Virus record (IMG/VR): IMGVR_UViG_3300037760_000081
Coordinates: 1-47,244 of that record
DNA: 47,244 nucleotides
Direction: 5' to 3' (one strand)
Source of the DNA: a virus
Lineage: Duplodnaviria > Caudoviricetes
This document shows positions 24,624 through 34,847 of the stretch, piece after piece (within the stretch, counting starts at the first letter, position 1; each line of letters opens with the position of its first letter). The notes under the pieces were generated by a model, which did no database searches, was not told the DNA's origin, and saw only the letters and a list, made by a program, of their open reading frames with translations. A program made the translations under genes and the position numbers.

Positions 24624-26418
24624 ACAGATCCACAAAAAGCTGCTGGTACTCAGGCGGCGCAACCATACCACAGACCAGAAGTGGGAAGATGTTCACGCCG
24701 CCCGTCGCGGCGACCTTGCCATGGTGGCGCCCGACATGGTGTCCGAGGACTTCCCGAGGCAGATTGTTGCCAATTTTGTCGACACCGTAGCTCGCGACCT
24801 GGCCGAAGTGTTCGCACCCATGCCCTCGTTCAACTGCTCATCGGCCACAATGGCATCCGACAATGCCCGCAAGTTCGCCGACAAGCGCACCAAGATTGTC
24901 CATTGGTATGTGAACCATTCCAAGCTTGCCGAACAGTCTCTGTACGGGGCCGACCATTACGTCACTTACGCCCGGCAGGTGTTCTACCTGGAGCCGGATT
25001 TCGAGGCGAAAGCCCCGAGGATCGTGGTGGAGGACCCCCGGGGTGGGTATCCTGAGTTCGACCGCTGGGGCAGAGTGGTCACCTACACCCGGCGAACCTA
25101 CTGCGATGCTGAGGTGTTGGCCTCCCTCTACCCTGAGTACGCGGGGTTAATCCGGAAGCATGCCAAGTCCACTCCTCACACGGGCGAGACACAGATCGAA
25201 CTGGTTCGCTACTGTGATGCGGATCAGATTTCGCTGGTGCTGGTGGCGCAACATCCGGTGATGTTGGAGGACATTCCCAATCCGCTGCACGAATGCCCTG
25301 TGGTTGTCATGCGGAAGCCCTGGGTCGATGAACACATGCCTAAGGGTCAGTTTGATGACGTGATCTGGGTGCAGATTGCGCGGGACGTGCTTGCCAAGCT
25401 CCAGATGAGTGCAACCGAAAAGCAGGTGCAGGCGCCGCTGGCGTTGCCCAACGATGTTCAGGAGCTGCCTTACGGGCCTGATGCCTATATCCGAACCAAC
25501 ACGCCTGAAAAGGTTCAGCGGGTGGGTTTGGAAATGGGCACCACCGCTTTTGCGCAACAGGAGCTGATGGTTCAGGAAATGCAGCGGGGGGCGCGTTACT
25601 CTGAGGCGCGGACCGGCGGCATTGACGCCAGCATTATCACCGGCAAGGGCGTCGAAGCCCTGATGGGCGCTTTTGACACGCAGATCAAAACCTACCAGGT
25701 CGCCGCACAGGTCGCGTTGGAGGACGTGATCCGGCTCTGTTTCAAAATGGACACCACGTACTGGCCGGACTTGGAGCGTACGATCCGTGGCCAGTCCCAT
25801 GGCGCCCCATACAAGGTGACCTACAAGCCCTCTAGGGATATCCAGGGCGACTTTAGTTGCAATGTGTCGTTTGGGTTTGCGGCCGGGCTTGACCCGAACC
25901 GGGCCGTGGTCATGATGTTGCAACTACGCGCCGAAAAGGTCTTCTCCCGCGACTTTTTCGCCCGCAGCCTGCCGTTCGACTTTGACGTGAATTCGGAGCT
26001 GTCGAAAGTCCAGGTTGAGGATGCCCGTGACGCACTGTTGCAATCGATGTTCGCGTTGGCGCAGGCGATCCCGGCCTATGCGCAGCAAGGTATGGACCCC
26101 GCGCCCGTGGTGCACCAGATGTCTCAGGTGATCCAGGGCCTGCAAAAGGGGCGCCCGGTGGAGGAAGTTGTGTCGGAGGTGTTCGCGCCCCCTGAGCCGG
26201 CCGCCCCTCCGGGGTCAGAAAGTCCAGTAGAGGGCGGGGCCTCTGAGGGCGGCCCCGGTGGCGGGCTCACCAGCTCCGGCCTGATGACCGGCGTCCCGGC
26301 GGGGCAGGCGGGGCAGGCACCGGGGGGCCGGCCGGACCTGTCGGTCATGCTGGCTGGGCTCACCGGCTCGGGTCAGCCCCAGATGTCCGCCTCCACGATG
26401 CGGCGACGGCGTTTCTAG
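24610..26418 (+). CDS. Portal protein
   Basis: 602 aa directly after the terminase; IVANFVD...ARDLAEV and ITGKGVEALMG motifs. Confidence 0.85.
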   Translation: MLDAEQIHKKLLVLRRRNHTTDQKWEDVHAARRGDLAMVAPDMVSEDFPRQIVANFVDTVARDLAEVFAPMPSFNCSSATMASDNARKFADKRTKIVHWYVNHSKLAEQSLYGADHYVTYARQVFYLEPDFEAKAPRIVVEDPRGGYPEFDRWGRVVTYTRRTYCDAEVLASLYPEYAGLIRKHAKSTPHTGETQIELVRYCDADQISLVLVAQHPVMLEDIPNPLHECPVVVMRKPWVDEHMPKGQFDDVIWVQIARDVLAKLQMSATEKQVQAPLALPNDVQELPYGPDAYIRTNTPEKVQRVGLEMGTTAFAQQELMVQEMQRGARYSEARTGGIDASIITGKGVEALMGAFDTQIKTYQVAAQVALEDVIRLCFKMDTTYWPDLERTIRGQSHGAPYKVTYKPSRDIQGDFSCNVSFGFAAGLDPNRAVVMMLQLRAEKVFSRDFFARSLPFDFDVNSELSKVQVEDARDALLQSMFALAQAIPAYAQQGMDPAPVVHQMSQVIQGLQKGRPVEEVVSEVFAPPEPAAPPGSESPVEGGASEGGPGGGLTSSGLMTGVPAGQAGQAPGGRPDLSVMLAGLTGSGQPQMSASTMRRRRF

Positions 26419-26749
26419 CTGCTGGAGCAGCGCAAGGCTTACCCCGAATAGGGGCAAAGCCGCCACCATGAGCAGTATGCCTGGGTGTGGTGCAATTGCG
26501 TACGCCCACATTGGGCCGGCAATGCAGGCGAATATGCCAAAGTGGTTCACGGCTTTAGCCAAGCGTATCAGTGTGGACATGAGCGGGATTGTATCAAGCT
26601 ATGCCTTTTAGGAGCCAGGCTCAGCGGCGTTGGATGCACGCCAACCGGCCAGACATGGCCCGTCGTTGGGAGGAAGAGACCCCCACCGGGCGCCGGGTGC
26701 CGAGGAAGCTCGGCAAGAAAGCCCGCCCGAAGAAACGGAGTAAGTAGGA

Positions 26750-27007
26750 ATGCCAAAGAATGCAGGATATAAGCCATCTGCGGGGAGTGCCAGCTCGCCG
26801 CTGACCGAACCCCGGCTACCGAAGCCGGGCAACCAGGGCGACGCGAAGGCTTCCGGACCGGGCTCAGGCAACCTCAAGCCGAGCATCCGGGGCGGCAACT
26901 CGATGAGCAAGCCCGCCCGGGGCCGGCTGGCGACCAGGCCAACCAAGTCGCCGGGCGCGGGCACCCGGGGTAGCGGGCGTACAAGCAACAGCATCCGCCG
27001 CACCTAA
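26750..27007 (+). CDS. Small basic low-complexity protein
   Basis: K/R/G/S/P-rich ORF after the portal; RBS GGAG. Confidence 0.6.
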   Translation: MPKNAGYKPSAGSASSPLTEPRLPKPGNQGDAKASGPGSGNLKPSIRGGNSMSKPARGRLATRPTKSPGAGTRGSGRTSNSIRRT

Positions 27008-27424
27008 AGGGAGCCTGGCGGCATCCTCACCGCAACCGCCAGGATCACCACGGGTGAGCGTGGCCCCCCGGGGGGAAAGCCGCGAGACCCCCCCGAGGGG
27101 CTGTCAGGGTAGCACATCCGGGAAGTGCGCGCGGCACGGCTGGCTGCTGTCGCACCCCGGACCCGGGCACCTGGCCGCGACCTCGGCACGGTGCCCCGCC
27201 CACGCCAGCGCCGCCAGCATTCCCACGAACACGAACACGCCGAACCAGTTGACCCCTTCTACCCAATGGAACATGGTTCCCCCTGTATGCTGTCCGCTGG
27301 TGCCGTCCTGGCCCCTGAGAGGAATGCTAACCCTCCCAAACCAGGATTGCCCACAGAACCCCCACACGTGGCCGCCCCCCGGCCCGGCGTGGGGGTTCTG
27401 CTATGCCCCGCGAAGGGGACTCGT

Positions 27425-27892
27425 ATGACTCAGCCCTCCGGCCGGGGCGGCTACCGCCAGCCCCGCCATCCGGCCCCAGCGTCGGGACCAGGGCGCCTCT
27501 CTCGCAGAACCGATGGCGGCCCGGGTGACCGACGCGGCCGGCAACCGGTCCGCGATTTGCCCAACCCCGACTACGGGGAGCAGCAGACGTTCCGGGACAT
27601 CCAGACCGGCGCCCCGATGGCCAACGCGGACGGGCAGCCGGCGGTGCAACCCGTCGACCTGTCCCGCGTAACCCCCCTGGGCGCCCCCACGGGCAACCCT
27701 GACATGCCGGTGACGGCCGGCGCCGACTCCGGCCCCGGCCCCGGCAGTGCCGCACTCGGCCTGGGCGCCACCAGTGACCCGGGGGTGCAGACGCTGCGCG
27801 CCTACCTGCCCGGCCTGGAGGCCATGGCCGAGAGTCCGCAGGCGTCGCGCGGTTTCCGCATGTGGGTCCGCCAGCTCCGGGCGGTGCTCTAG
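27425..27892 (+). CDS. Pro/Gly-rich virion-associated protein
   Basis: GRGGYRQP..PAPASGPGRLSRRTDGGP...PVTAGAD.GPG motif. Confidence 0.75.
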   Translation: MTQPSGRGGYRQPRHPAPASGPGRLSRRTDGGPGDRRGRQPVRDLPNPDYGEQQTFRDIQTGAPMANADGQPAVQPVDLSRVTPLGAPTGNPDMPVTAGADSGPGPGSAALGLGATSDPGVQTLRAYLPGLEAMAESPQASRGFRMWVRQLRAVL

Positions 27893-30800
27893 TGGGATTC
27901 TTTGAGCGTTTCACCTCCACCTTGGATGACTGGAATTTCCGCTGGTCTGACGCGGGCACCAGCCTTGGCAATTCGTGGGATGCTGTGCGCGGGGGTTGGG
28001 CCGAGCAGCAGGCCATTGTTAGTAACCTTTGGGGCACCGCTTTCGGTGGGCACGACGCGAAGGAAAGCGCTGACGCCTTTTGGGCCTCCAAGGGCCTACT
28101 GGACCGGGCAATGGGCCAGTTCGATTTTGCCGGCGAAGCCGTTGGAGGTGTGGTTGGCGCCGCCACACAGATGCCCGGCATTCGGCAGGGGCTGGCGTTC
28201 GCCGATGCGGCACAGCGGGAATTGGTGGGTAGGCCGCTTGCCACGGCGAGCCTGATGCGCGGTGACGCGGTTAACGAACGCGACTCGGGCATTTTCCTTG
28301 ACGCCGATCGATGGAAGCAGGCGTACAACAGCACAACGTATGTCACGCCCGGCCAGGCGTTGGTATTCGCCACGGGCAGCACGGCTCACGGCTTCGTTGG
28401 CGCGTTCGGTGTGGAGCCGACCGCCGAACAGCGCAAGTCGCTCATAGTCGCCAGCCCGCTTCTGGGTACACTTCTCCAGGACCCGAAAAACTACGACCCC
28501 CGGGTACGCGACGAGGGCCGCCGCGCCTACTACGACAACGCGCTACTAAAAGGCGTCTCCGGCACTATGGACGTGGGGATCACCATTTTTGGCGACCCTA
28601 CCGTCATTGGTGGCAAGGCTGCCAGGCTGGCGAAGCTGCGCTACGTGTCGGATGAGATGTCAGCGGCGGCTATCCAGTCAGGCCGCCTCGAATCACACAT
28701 CGACAGCAAGAGCTACCGCCAGGCGAAAGACTTCATCGGCACTGCTGAGAACAGTGAAGTTGTGCGCCGCCGCATGTTCAACAACCACTACGACGGGGGG
28801 CTGGTTTCGGCGCTGTTGTTTGACGCCGCCCGCACCCAGGACGCCTACGAGAAACTGGGCGGCACCGTCGACCTATACGACACCACGTTTCGTGCGTTGT
28901 ACGGCGAGGTGGAAGCGTGGGAGACACTTACCCGGGAGGCCCGGCACTACGCCGATGCAATCGGTAGCGAGAGGGCAAACTATTCGATCGCGGAAGCGGC
29001 TAAAAGGTACGGTACCGGCGATGGGGCCGTTGATGCCCGGGTAGAGACCCTGATCGAAACCAAGGCCGAGGCGTGGGTTGACGCCACCGCTAATGGCTAC
29101 GGCATGTGGGGCAAGGTTGAGGATGCGCCATTGGCCGGACAGGCTGTCCCCCGCCTGCGTGCCACTTCGGCATGGCGTACCGGGGTTCACAGTTTCGTCC
29201 GCAACAAGGTGCCGACCATTGCCGGACATTGGGCAAGGCGGGCCGCCTACGCCCTGCCGTCTCAGCGTAGCGGCAGGATGCTTGACCTGAACGACGCCAA
29301 CTCGGCCAGCGTACTCCGGAACACGCTGGCGCTGTCCCGGATGAGTCAGCATGAGACTGACCGCTGGGTGGGTGCCTACGCCCGTGCCACCTCGCCGGAG
29401 GCCCGGTTCAACATCTACAACGCGGCCGAAAACTATGCTTTCAGGTTGCACGCGAGGGCCTACGGGTTGACCCGTGAGCAGCTTGACGCGCTGATACCTG
29501 TGATGAACCGGCACCGCAAAGGCAATCGGCAGATTTTGTCGGCGAACCGGCGGTACGCCTCAGAGGACGTGCAGAAAGCCTACGAGCGGGCGTTGCAGGA
29601 GAACCGGCTACAGTCTGCCGCTCAACTACAGACGATCCGGCACAACATTGACGAGGCGGTGAAACGGGGAGAGCACCCGGACGCATTCTTTGCTTTGCCG
29701 GACGAGCATGGCCAATTGACTTTGATCCCGCAGGACTCGAATCTCCGCCTGGACCAGCCGATCATTCTCAGCCAGCATGCCGACGTGGTGCCGGTGGTGG
29801 ACTGGAACGTTCTGGAGAATGCCCTCTGGTGGCATGTCGGGTTTGGGCGTGGCAAGCCGGCGAAGTTCGGTGGCCAAAAGGGTGAGGCCGCGCTTGCCAA
29901 GCTCGGGGAAATAGGTTACTCGGTTCAGGACATCAGTCGTGGTGCCCTTGAGGCGGCCATGTCCGTGTGGAAAGTCACGGCCATTCTGCGCCCCGGCTAC
30001 GTTTGGCGCACCTTGTCTGACGAGCTTGGCCGCGTGTGGTCATTGCAGAAGTCTTTCACCTCACTAGCCACAATGGGCCGTGGCGTGGCCAACACCTCTC
30101 ACAACATGCGCACCAGGTCTGGCCGCCTCATGGGTGAGGGGCTGTCTCGTCGGGTGACTGCCGCCCGCGCCCGGGGTGAAGTCATTGAGGTTGACGCCGA
30201 CGCGGTTGAGACGGGCGCCTCGGTGGAAGTGCCGGACGGGGTGCGGCTTACCGCTGACGACGCGGCGGGCGTTGGTGCGGACCTGACCTATCCGACGTTG
30301 GAGCATATGCTTGGCGATGGCGTGCTAGGCGTGCCCGACTATATCGCCCGCGTGGAGGCGATGGGCGAGGCGGGCACGCTGCCACCTCGTATTGCCGAGA
30401 TTTTCGACTCCCACCGGAACGGTATCAAGCCTGACGACGAATACCGACGTGACCTCATTGACGAGGCGTTGCTGTCGGTGAACCGGGCGGCTTACACAAG
30501 CCCTGCGTGGCAGCAGGTCATTCTTGGTGGTGTTCTCCGGGAACGTCAGATGCGTTCGGCTGGCACGGCCGTTGGTGTCCCTGCCGCCTCGCTTGACGCG
30601 AGCGAGATTGCCCGCATTAAAGAGAAGGTGTCCGAGGGGATGTCGCTTGACGACGCAGCCCCCCGGGCGCTGTCCGCCGACGAGTACCGGATTTTGCGGG
30701 AGGGTTTGGCCGCCGGTAAGAACGCCAAGAGGCTCCGGGTGGAGCTTTCCTCCCTGACTCCGGCGCCGGCAGGTGGTAGGCCGGCAAAGTGGGGCGAGCC

Positions 30801-33594
30801 GACGCTTGTGGACCCGCTGACCGGCACCACCCCTGACCTGACCCGGACTCAGGTGGAGAAGTTCGTCATTGTTGACAGGCGCACGGAGTTCCGGCCAGAC
30901 CCTGACGGGTCGTTCCAGCTTGACATGCTTTACCATTTTGTTGCCGATAACATTGACGAGCTGATGAAGCCGAGGCGCATGCTGCATGTGCAGTTAACGC
31001 CACATGGCAATCTGTCTCTTGGTGTTGGGCGTAGTATTCACCCTGAGGCGCCGGTAAAGCCGACCGGCGGTGTGCGGGTGGAGCTTCCGTGGCGCGATAA
31101 GGACCGGGACGCTTTTCGTGATTCGGGTTCGGCGGATATCGTGGTCAACACGCCCGCTGGCCGTATCGCGGTGCAGGGTGCGTTTATCGGCGGCGAGGGT
31201 GCGCGTTTCCGGGCGCAGGCGTCGAACCGTGGCCCGGATGATGCCTGGGTGGATACGAAAACGGATATCGAGTTTGGGCGGTTCACGGCCAATTCGGGTC
31301 GGTGGACCGACGTTGGCCCGGACACCTGGGCCGACTACCGGGGGGCGTGGGCACGCGCCGTCAACAAGCAGCTCGGTAACGACGAGGTAGCCAGGCAGTT
31401 CATGCAGGGCAAGTCGTACAACGACGTGCTGTTGTGGATGTTCAATACCCCCCAGGGGCGGGCTTATCACTGGCGCATGGGGCCGCTGCGGTCCCAGTTC
31501 GCCGAACAGGTTTCCATGGTTCAATCCATGGTGAACACGTACGTACCTATGCGGGAGGCGAAACTAACCGAGTCGATCACCCTACGCGAAAAGGTGATGC
31601 GCGGGGACGCTACAGCCGACGACCTTGAGGCGGTTGTCGGCCGCAGCGAAATGCCGAAAGTCCACGGCGCCAGCCTTGAGTACGCCACCGGCCGTGGTCC
31701 CATCATGGACGGTATCAAGCGCACCACGGACAAGGTGTTCCGTATCCTGTCGGACCTTCCAAACGACAAGTTGGTTCGGTTCCCGTTCGCAGCTGAGCGT
31801 TACACCGCGCATGTTCAGGAACTGGCCAACGTCAGGGGTGTGCACAAAGCCCGCGCCGGGCAGACGTTCACCCCGGATGACCTGCGTTCCATTGAGCGTG
31901 TGGCGCGGCGTCGCGCGCTACAGGATGTGCAACGCTACCTGTTCCAGACAAACGCAACCCTGGACCTTTCCAAGGCTCTACGGCTGGCGGTGCCGTTCGG
32001 TAGCGCCCTCAGTGACTCGTTTCTCAAGTGGGGGCTGGTGCTGCGAGAAAACCCGACCTCGCTGATCCAGGTGTGGAAAGTGTGGAATTCCCCGGAGCGG
32101 GCCGGGCTGGTGGCCGACCAGGACGGCAACGAGCTGGAGCTGGAGGACGGCCGGGAAGCGTGGTACTCGGTTGACCCGTCAACCGGCGAACGTACCCGCC
32201 TGGAGGACCACCGGCCTAAGGACCGCTTCATCACGTTCCGGCTTCCGTCTTGGCTCTCGGAGCGTTACTACGGGGACGATGTGCGCCCGCAGGTGCGTAT
32301 CAACAAACGGGTTTTCCGTACCGCTCTTGACCTGCCAACCGCCGGGCCGCTTGTGGCGGTCCCGGCCAACAAGTTCGCTTTGGACAACCCCGAGTTCGCC
32401 GAAAACGAATTCGTGAAACAGTGGATTCTGCCGCTTGGTGCCACGTCGGATAGTTCGGCGGTCATCATCCCGTCTAACGTGCAGAACTTGCGCCGCACCG
32501 TGTTTCCCGAGTTTGCTGAACAGGACCGCAGAAGCGCGGAGGCGCAGGCTATCGCCATTTTCGCTGCTGACATGACCAGTCACAGCCTGGGGCAGCGCGC
32601 CAACCCGCCCACGTTTGAGGAGGCCAGGGAAAAGGCAGCGGCGATGCGGGGTATCCGCTTCTGGGCGTCGTTCTTCGGTGTGTCTCCGCAGATTCAAAGC
32701 CCGTACCAGCCGTACGTGGACTACTACCGGCAGCTCAGGACGCAAGAGGCCGAGCTGCGCCGTAAGGCGGCGGAAGAGGGCCGGGACCAGGCGGAGGTGC
32801 CGGCAGCCGATCAGCTTTTCTACGAGCAGATGGGCGACGAGTATTTCGCCCTGACCGCCCGGGTCACCCGTAACGCACTTGGCATCCCGGCCACCATTGG
32901 CAGCCATCGCGCGTACAAGAAGTACCAGGACCTGATTGACAAACATCCCGACATCGCTTCCCTGATTATCGGTCAGGAAGGCGCGGGCGAGTTTTCCCGG
33001 TCGGTGTACGAGGCACAGAAGCTACAGCCGCTACGCCCCGGGTCCGCCGAGAAACAGCGTGAGCGGCTGTCGCCTGAGGAGTCCTGGGCGGACCAGCAGA
33101 GGCGCCGGGGGTGGTTGGAGTACGGAAAGTTCCAGGACATGGTCACGAATGACCTGATCCGGCTCGGGCTGACCAGCGTGGAACAGAGGGGGGCGGAACG
33201 GGTCAAGGCGTTTCGGGACGCTTGGATCACCGAGCGGCAGTTTGTCAACTCTCCGTGGGGCGAAACCGTACTCAACCCGTGGTTTGAGGATTTCCGCACG
33301 ATTGACGGGTCGCGCATGACTGGGCGGCTGCACAGTTTGCGGGACATCGTGCAGGACCGCCGGCTACAGGGCCGGGACGAGATTCGGGGCCTGGCCGCGT
33401 ACTTGCAGCTCCGTACCCGATTCCGTAACACGCTTGAGCGTAACGGTTTCGCCTCGTTGGCTTCGCCTGGTGCGGAGGCTTTGCGTGGCGAGTGGCAGCG
33501 GACCGTGTTTGAGCTGAGGGAACAGAGTCCGTCGTTTTCGGCGCTGCATGACCGGTGGCTTACCGGTGACGAAACGCTAGCGGCCAGGGAGTAG
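27892..33594 (+). CDS. Large internal virion (DNA ejection) protein, ~1900 aa
   Basis: Very long ORF between portal and capsid in a podovirus-like layout; start approximate. Confidence 0.75.
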   Translation: MGFFERFTSTLDDWNFRWSDAGTSLGNSWDAVRGGWAEQQAIVSNLWGTAFGGHDAKESADAFWASKGLLDRAMGQFDFAGEAVGGVVGAATQMPGIRQGLAFADAAQRELVGRPLATASLMRGDAVNERDSGIFLDADRWKQAYNSTTYVTPGQALVFATGSTAHGFVGAFGVEPTAEQRKSLIVASPLLGTLLQDPKNYDPRVRDEGRRAYYDNALLKGVSGTMDVGITIFGDPTVIGGKAARLAKLRYVSDEMSAAAIQSGRLESHIDSKSYRQAKDFIGTAENSEVVRRRMFNNHYDGGLVSALLFDAARTQDAYEKLGGTVDLYDTTFRALYGEVEAWETLTREARHYADAIGSERANYSIAEAAKRYGTGDGAVDARVETLIETKAEAWVDATANGYGMWGKVEDAPLAGQAVPRLRATSAWRTGVHSFVRNKVPTIAGHWARRAAYALPSQRSGRMLDLNDANSASVLRNTLALSRMSQHETDRWVGAYARATSPEARFNIYNAAENYAFRLHARAYGLTREQLDALIPVMNRHRKGNRQILSANRRYASEDVQKAYERALQENRLQSAAQLQTIRHNIDEAVKRGEHPDAFFALPDEHGQLTLIPQDSNLRLDQPIILSQHADVVPVVDWNVLENALWWHVGFGRGKPAKFGGQKGEAALAKLGEIGYSVQDISRGALEAAMSVWKVTAILRPGYVWRTLSDELGRVWSLQKSFTSLATMGRGVANTSHNMRTRSGRLMGEGLSRRVTAARARGEVIEVDADAVETGASVEVPDGVRLTADDAAGVGADLTYPTLEHMLGDGVLGVPDYIARVEAMGEAGTLPPRIAEIFDSHRNGIKPDDEYRRDLIDEALLSVNRAAYTSPAWQQVILGGVLRERQMRSAGTAVGVPAASLDASEIARIKEKVSEGMSLDDAAPRALSADEYRILREGLAAGKNAKRLRVELSSLTPAPAGGRPAKWGEPTLVDPLTGTTPDLTRTQVEKFVIVDRRTEFRPDPDGSFQLDMLYHFVADNIDELMKPRRMLHVQLTPHGNLSLGVGRSIHPEAPVKPTGGVRVELPWRDKDRDAFRDSGSADIVVNTPAGRIAVQGAFIGGEGARFRAQASNRGPDDAWVDTKTDIEFGRFTANSGRWTDVGPDTWADYRGAWARAVNKQLGNDEVARQFMQGKSYNDVLLWMFNTPQGRAYHWRMGPLRSQFAEQVSMVQSMVNTYVPMREAKLTESITLREKVMRGDATADDLEAVVGRSEMPKVHGASLEYATGRGPIMDGIKRTTDKVFRILSDLPNDKLVRFPFAAERYTAHVQELANVRGVHKARAGQTFTPDDLRSIERVARRRALQDVQRYLFQTNATLDLSKALRLAVPFGSALSDSFLKWGLVLRENPTSLIQVWKVWNSPERAGLVADQDGNELELEDGREAWYSVDPSTGERTRLEDHRPKDRFITFRLPSWLSERYYGDDVRPQVRINKRVFRTALDLPTAGPLVAVPANKFALDNPEFAENEFVKQWILPLGATSDSSAVIIPSNVQNLRRTVFPEFAEQDRRSAEAQAIAIFAADMTSHSLGQRANPPTFEEAREKAAAMRGIRFWASFFGVSPQIQSPYQPYVDYYRQLRTQEAELRRKAAEEGRDQAEVPAADQLFYEQMGDEYFALTARVTRNALGIPATIGSHRAYKKYQDLIDKHPDIASLIIGQEGAGEFSRSVYEAQKLQPLRPGSAEKQRERLSPEESWADQQRRRGWLEYGKFQDMVTNDLIRLGLTSVEQRGAERVKAFRDAWITERQFVNSPWGETVLNPWFEDFRTIDGSRMTGRLHSLRDIVQDRRLQGRDEIRGLAAYLQLRTRFRNTLERNGFASLASPGAEALRGEWQRTVFELREQSPSFSALHDRWLTGDETLAARE

Positions 33595-33596
33595 GC

Positions 33597-34847
33597 ATGA
33601 GCAACGCAGGTCCCCCTGAGCCTTCTATCTGGCAGCGGCTCAGTAGAAAGCGCCTCCCGTCCATCTGGGATCGGATGGCCTCTAGCGCTGGGAGCGCGAC
33701 TAGGAGGGCTCAGCCGCTTGATGCCAACTTCCCGGTACAGCCGCCGACCCCGGTCGGTCCGCAGCAGCCCAACCTACTGGAGTTGTTCCCCAACCAGCCG
33801 GAGCTAGGCGCGAAGCCGGGGCCGTTCGGTCAGGAACGCCTCAATCTCGATCTGAAACGCAACCCTCACAAGCCTGGCACTCCGGCCTATGACCGGTGGG
33901 TAATGGGTTTGCGTGAGGACCCGGAGGACCCCGCCTACAACATTGCGCTACGGGTGGTGCAGGGGCCGGCGCATCGTCGTGAGCAGATGCGCGGCGATAG
34001 CGCCACGTTTGGTCAGCAGGTGAGCGACCCGGATGTGACTCCGGAGGGATTCGCGGCCCGGCAGCAGGTTATGGAGGATCGAGACCGACTTCGGACGGTT
34101 CTGGTGGGGCCGGACGGGGAGCCTCTACGCGAACAGCAGGTCGTTTTGGACACCACGGGGCAAGAAGTCCCGTTGGGCACGGAGGCGGCTGCCGGCGCCA
34201 GCCCCCCTCTGATCGTCAATGCTGAGGATGCGGCCAGGTCGGGCCAGTTCGTGTGGATGGGGGGGATGGGGGCGACGGAGGACGCCGGCCGGTTCGGCCA
34301 GTTGCAGGTGGGGGCCGATGCTTACATGTCGGCTGAGGATGCGCTGATGCTGCCTTACCGTTGGGGGCCTGAGCAGATCGCCTATGCGCAGGAAGCGATG
34401 GGCTTGGATATCACCGGGTTCGCGGACCAGTCGCTCATTAGTGGTTGGGCACATCTTGTGGCCTCAGCGGCCGGTTACGCTCAGGCCGGGCGCAAGGTTG
34501 ACCCGTTCATGCTGCTGGACATGACGTTTGAGGCCACGCAGGCGGCCCGTCGCGGGTCGGGTGGTGGCGGCGGGGGTGCCGCTGGCCCCAGCCTTTCCCA
34601 GACGACGGCCATTCTCAACTCGGTCATGTTGGAAGAGGCTGGCCGGGAGGCCACCCGCGATGAGGCTCAGCAGTTCCACGCGGCGTTTTCTGGTGCCGGT
34701 GAGGTCGACCCGTCGCAATTCGCTACAGACTGGATTCGCGGGGTTGTCGGTGGCGAGGCCGCCAGTTTCCAGGCCGCCACGGATTATTACCAGGCGATGC
34801 TGTCTGTCCTAGGTGCGCAGACGCAGGCGGAGGGGGGTCCGCAATGA
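33597..34847 (+). CDS. Putative internal virion protein
   Basis: Position and coupling. Confidence 0.65.
   Translation: MSNAGPPEPSIWQRLSRKRLPSIWDRMASSAGSATRRAQPLDANFPVQPPTPVGPQQPNLLELFPNQPELGAKPGPFGQERLNLDLKRNPHKPGTPAYDRWVMGLREDPEDPAYNIALRVVQGPAHRREQMRGDSATFGQQVSDPDVTPEGFAARQQVMEDRDRLRTVLVGPDGEPLREQQVVLDTTGQEVPLGTEAAAGASPPLIVNAEDAARSGQFVWMGGMGATEDAGRFGQLQVGADAYMSAEDALMLPYRWGPEQIAYAQEAMGLDITGFADQSLISGWAHLVASAAGYAQAGRKVDPFMLLDMTFEATQAARRGSGGGGGGAAGPSLSQTTAILNSVMLEEAGREATRDEAQQFHAAFSGAGEVDPSQFATDWIRGVVGGEAASFQAATDYYQAMLSVLGAQTQAEGGPQ

Noticed and set aside
27892-33594. Tape measure protein or virion RNA polymerase
   Set aside because: It lies upstream of the capsid with no tail chaperone or tube neighbours, and I recognised no polymerase motifs. 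An internal ejection protein fits better.
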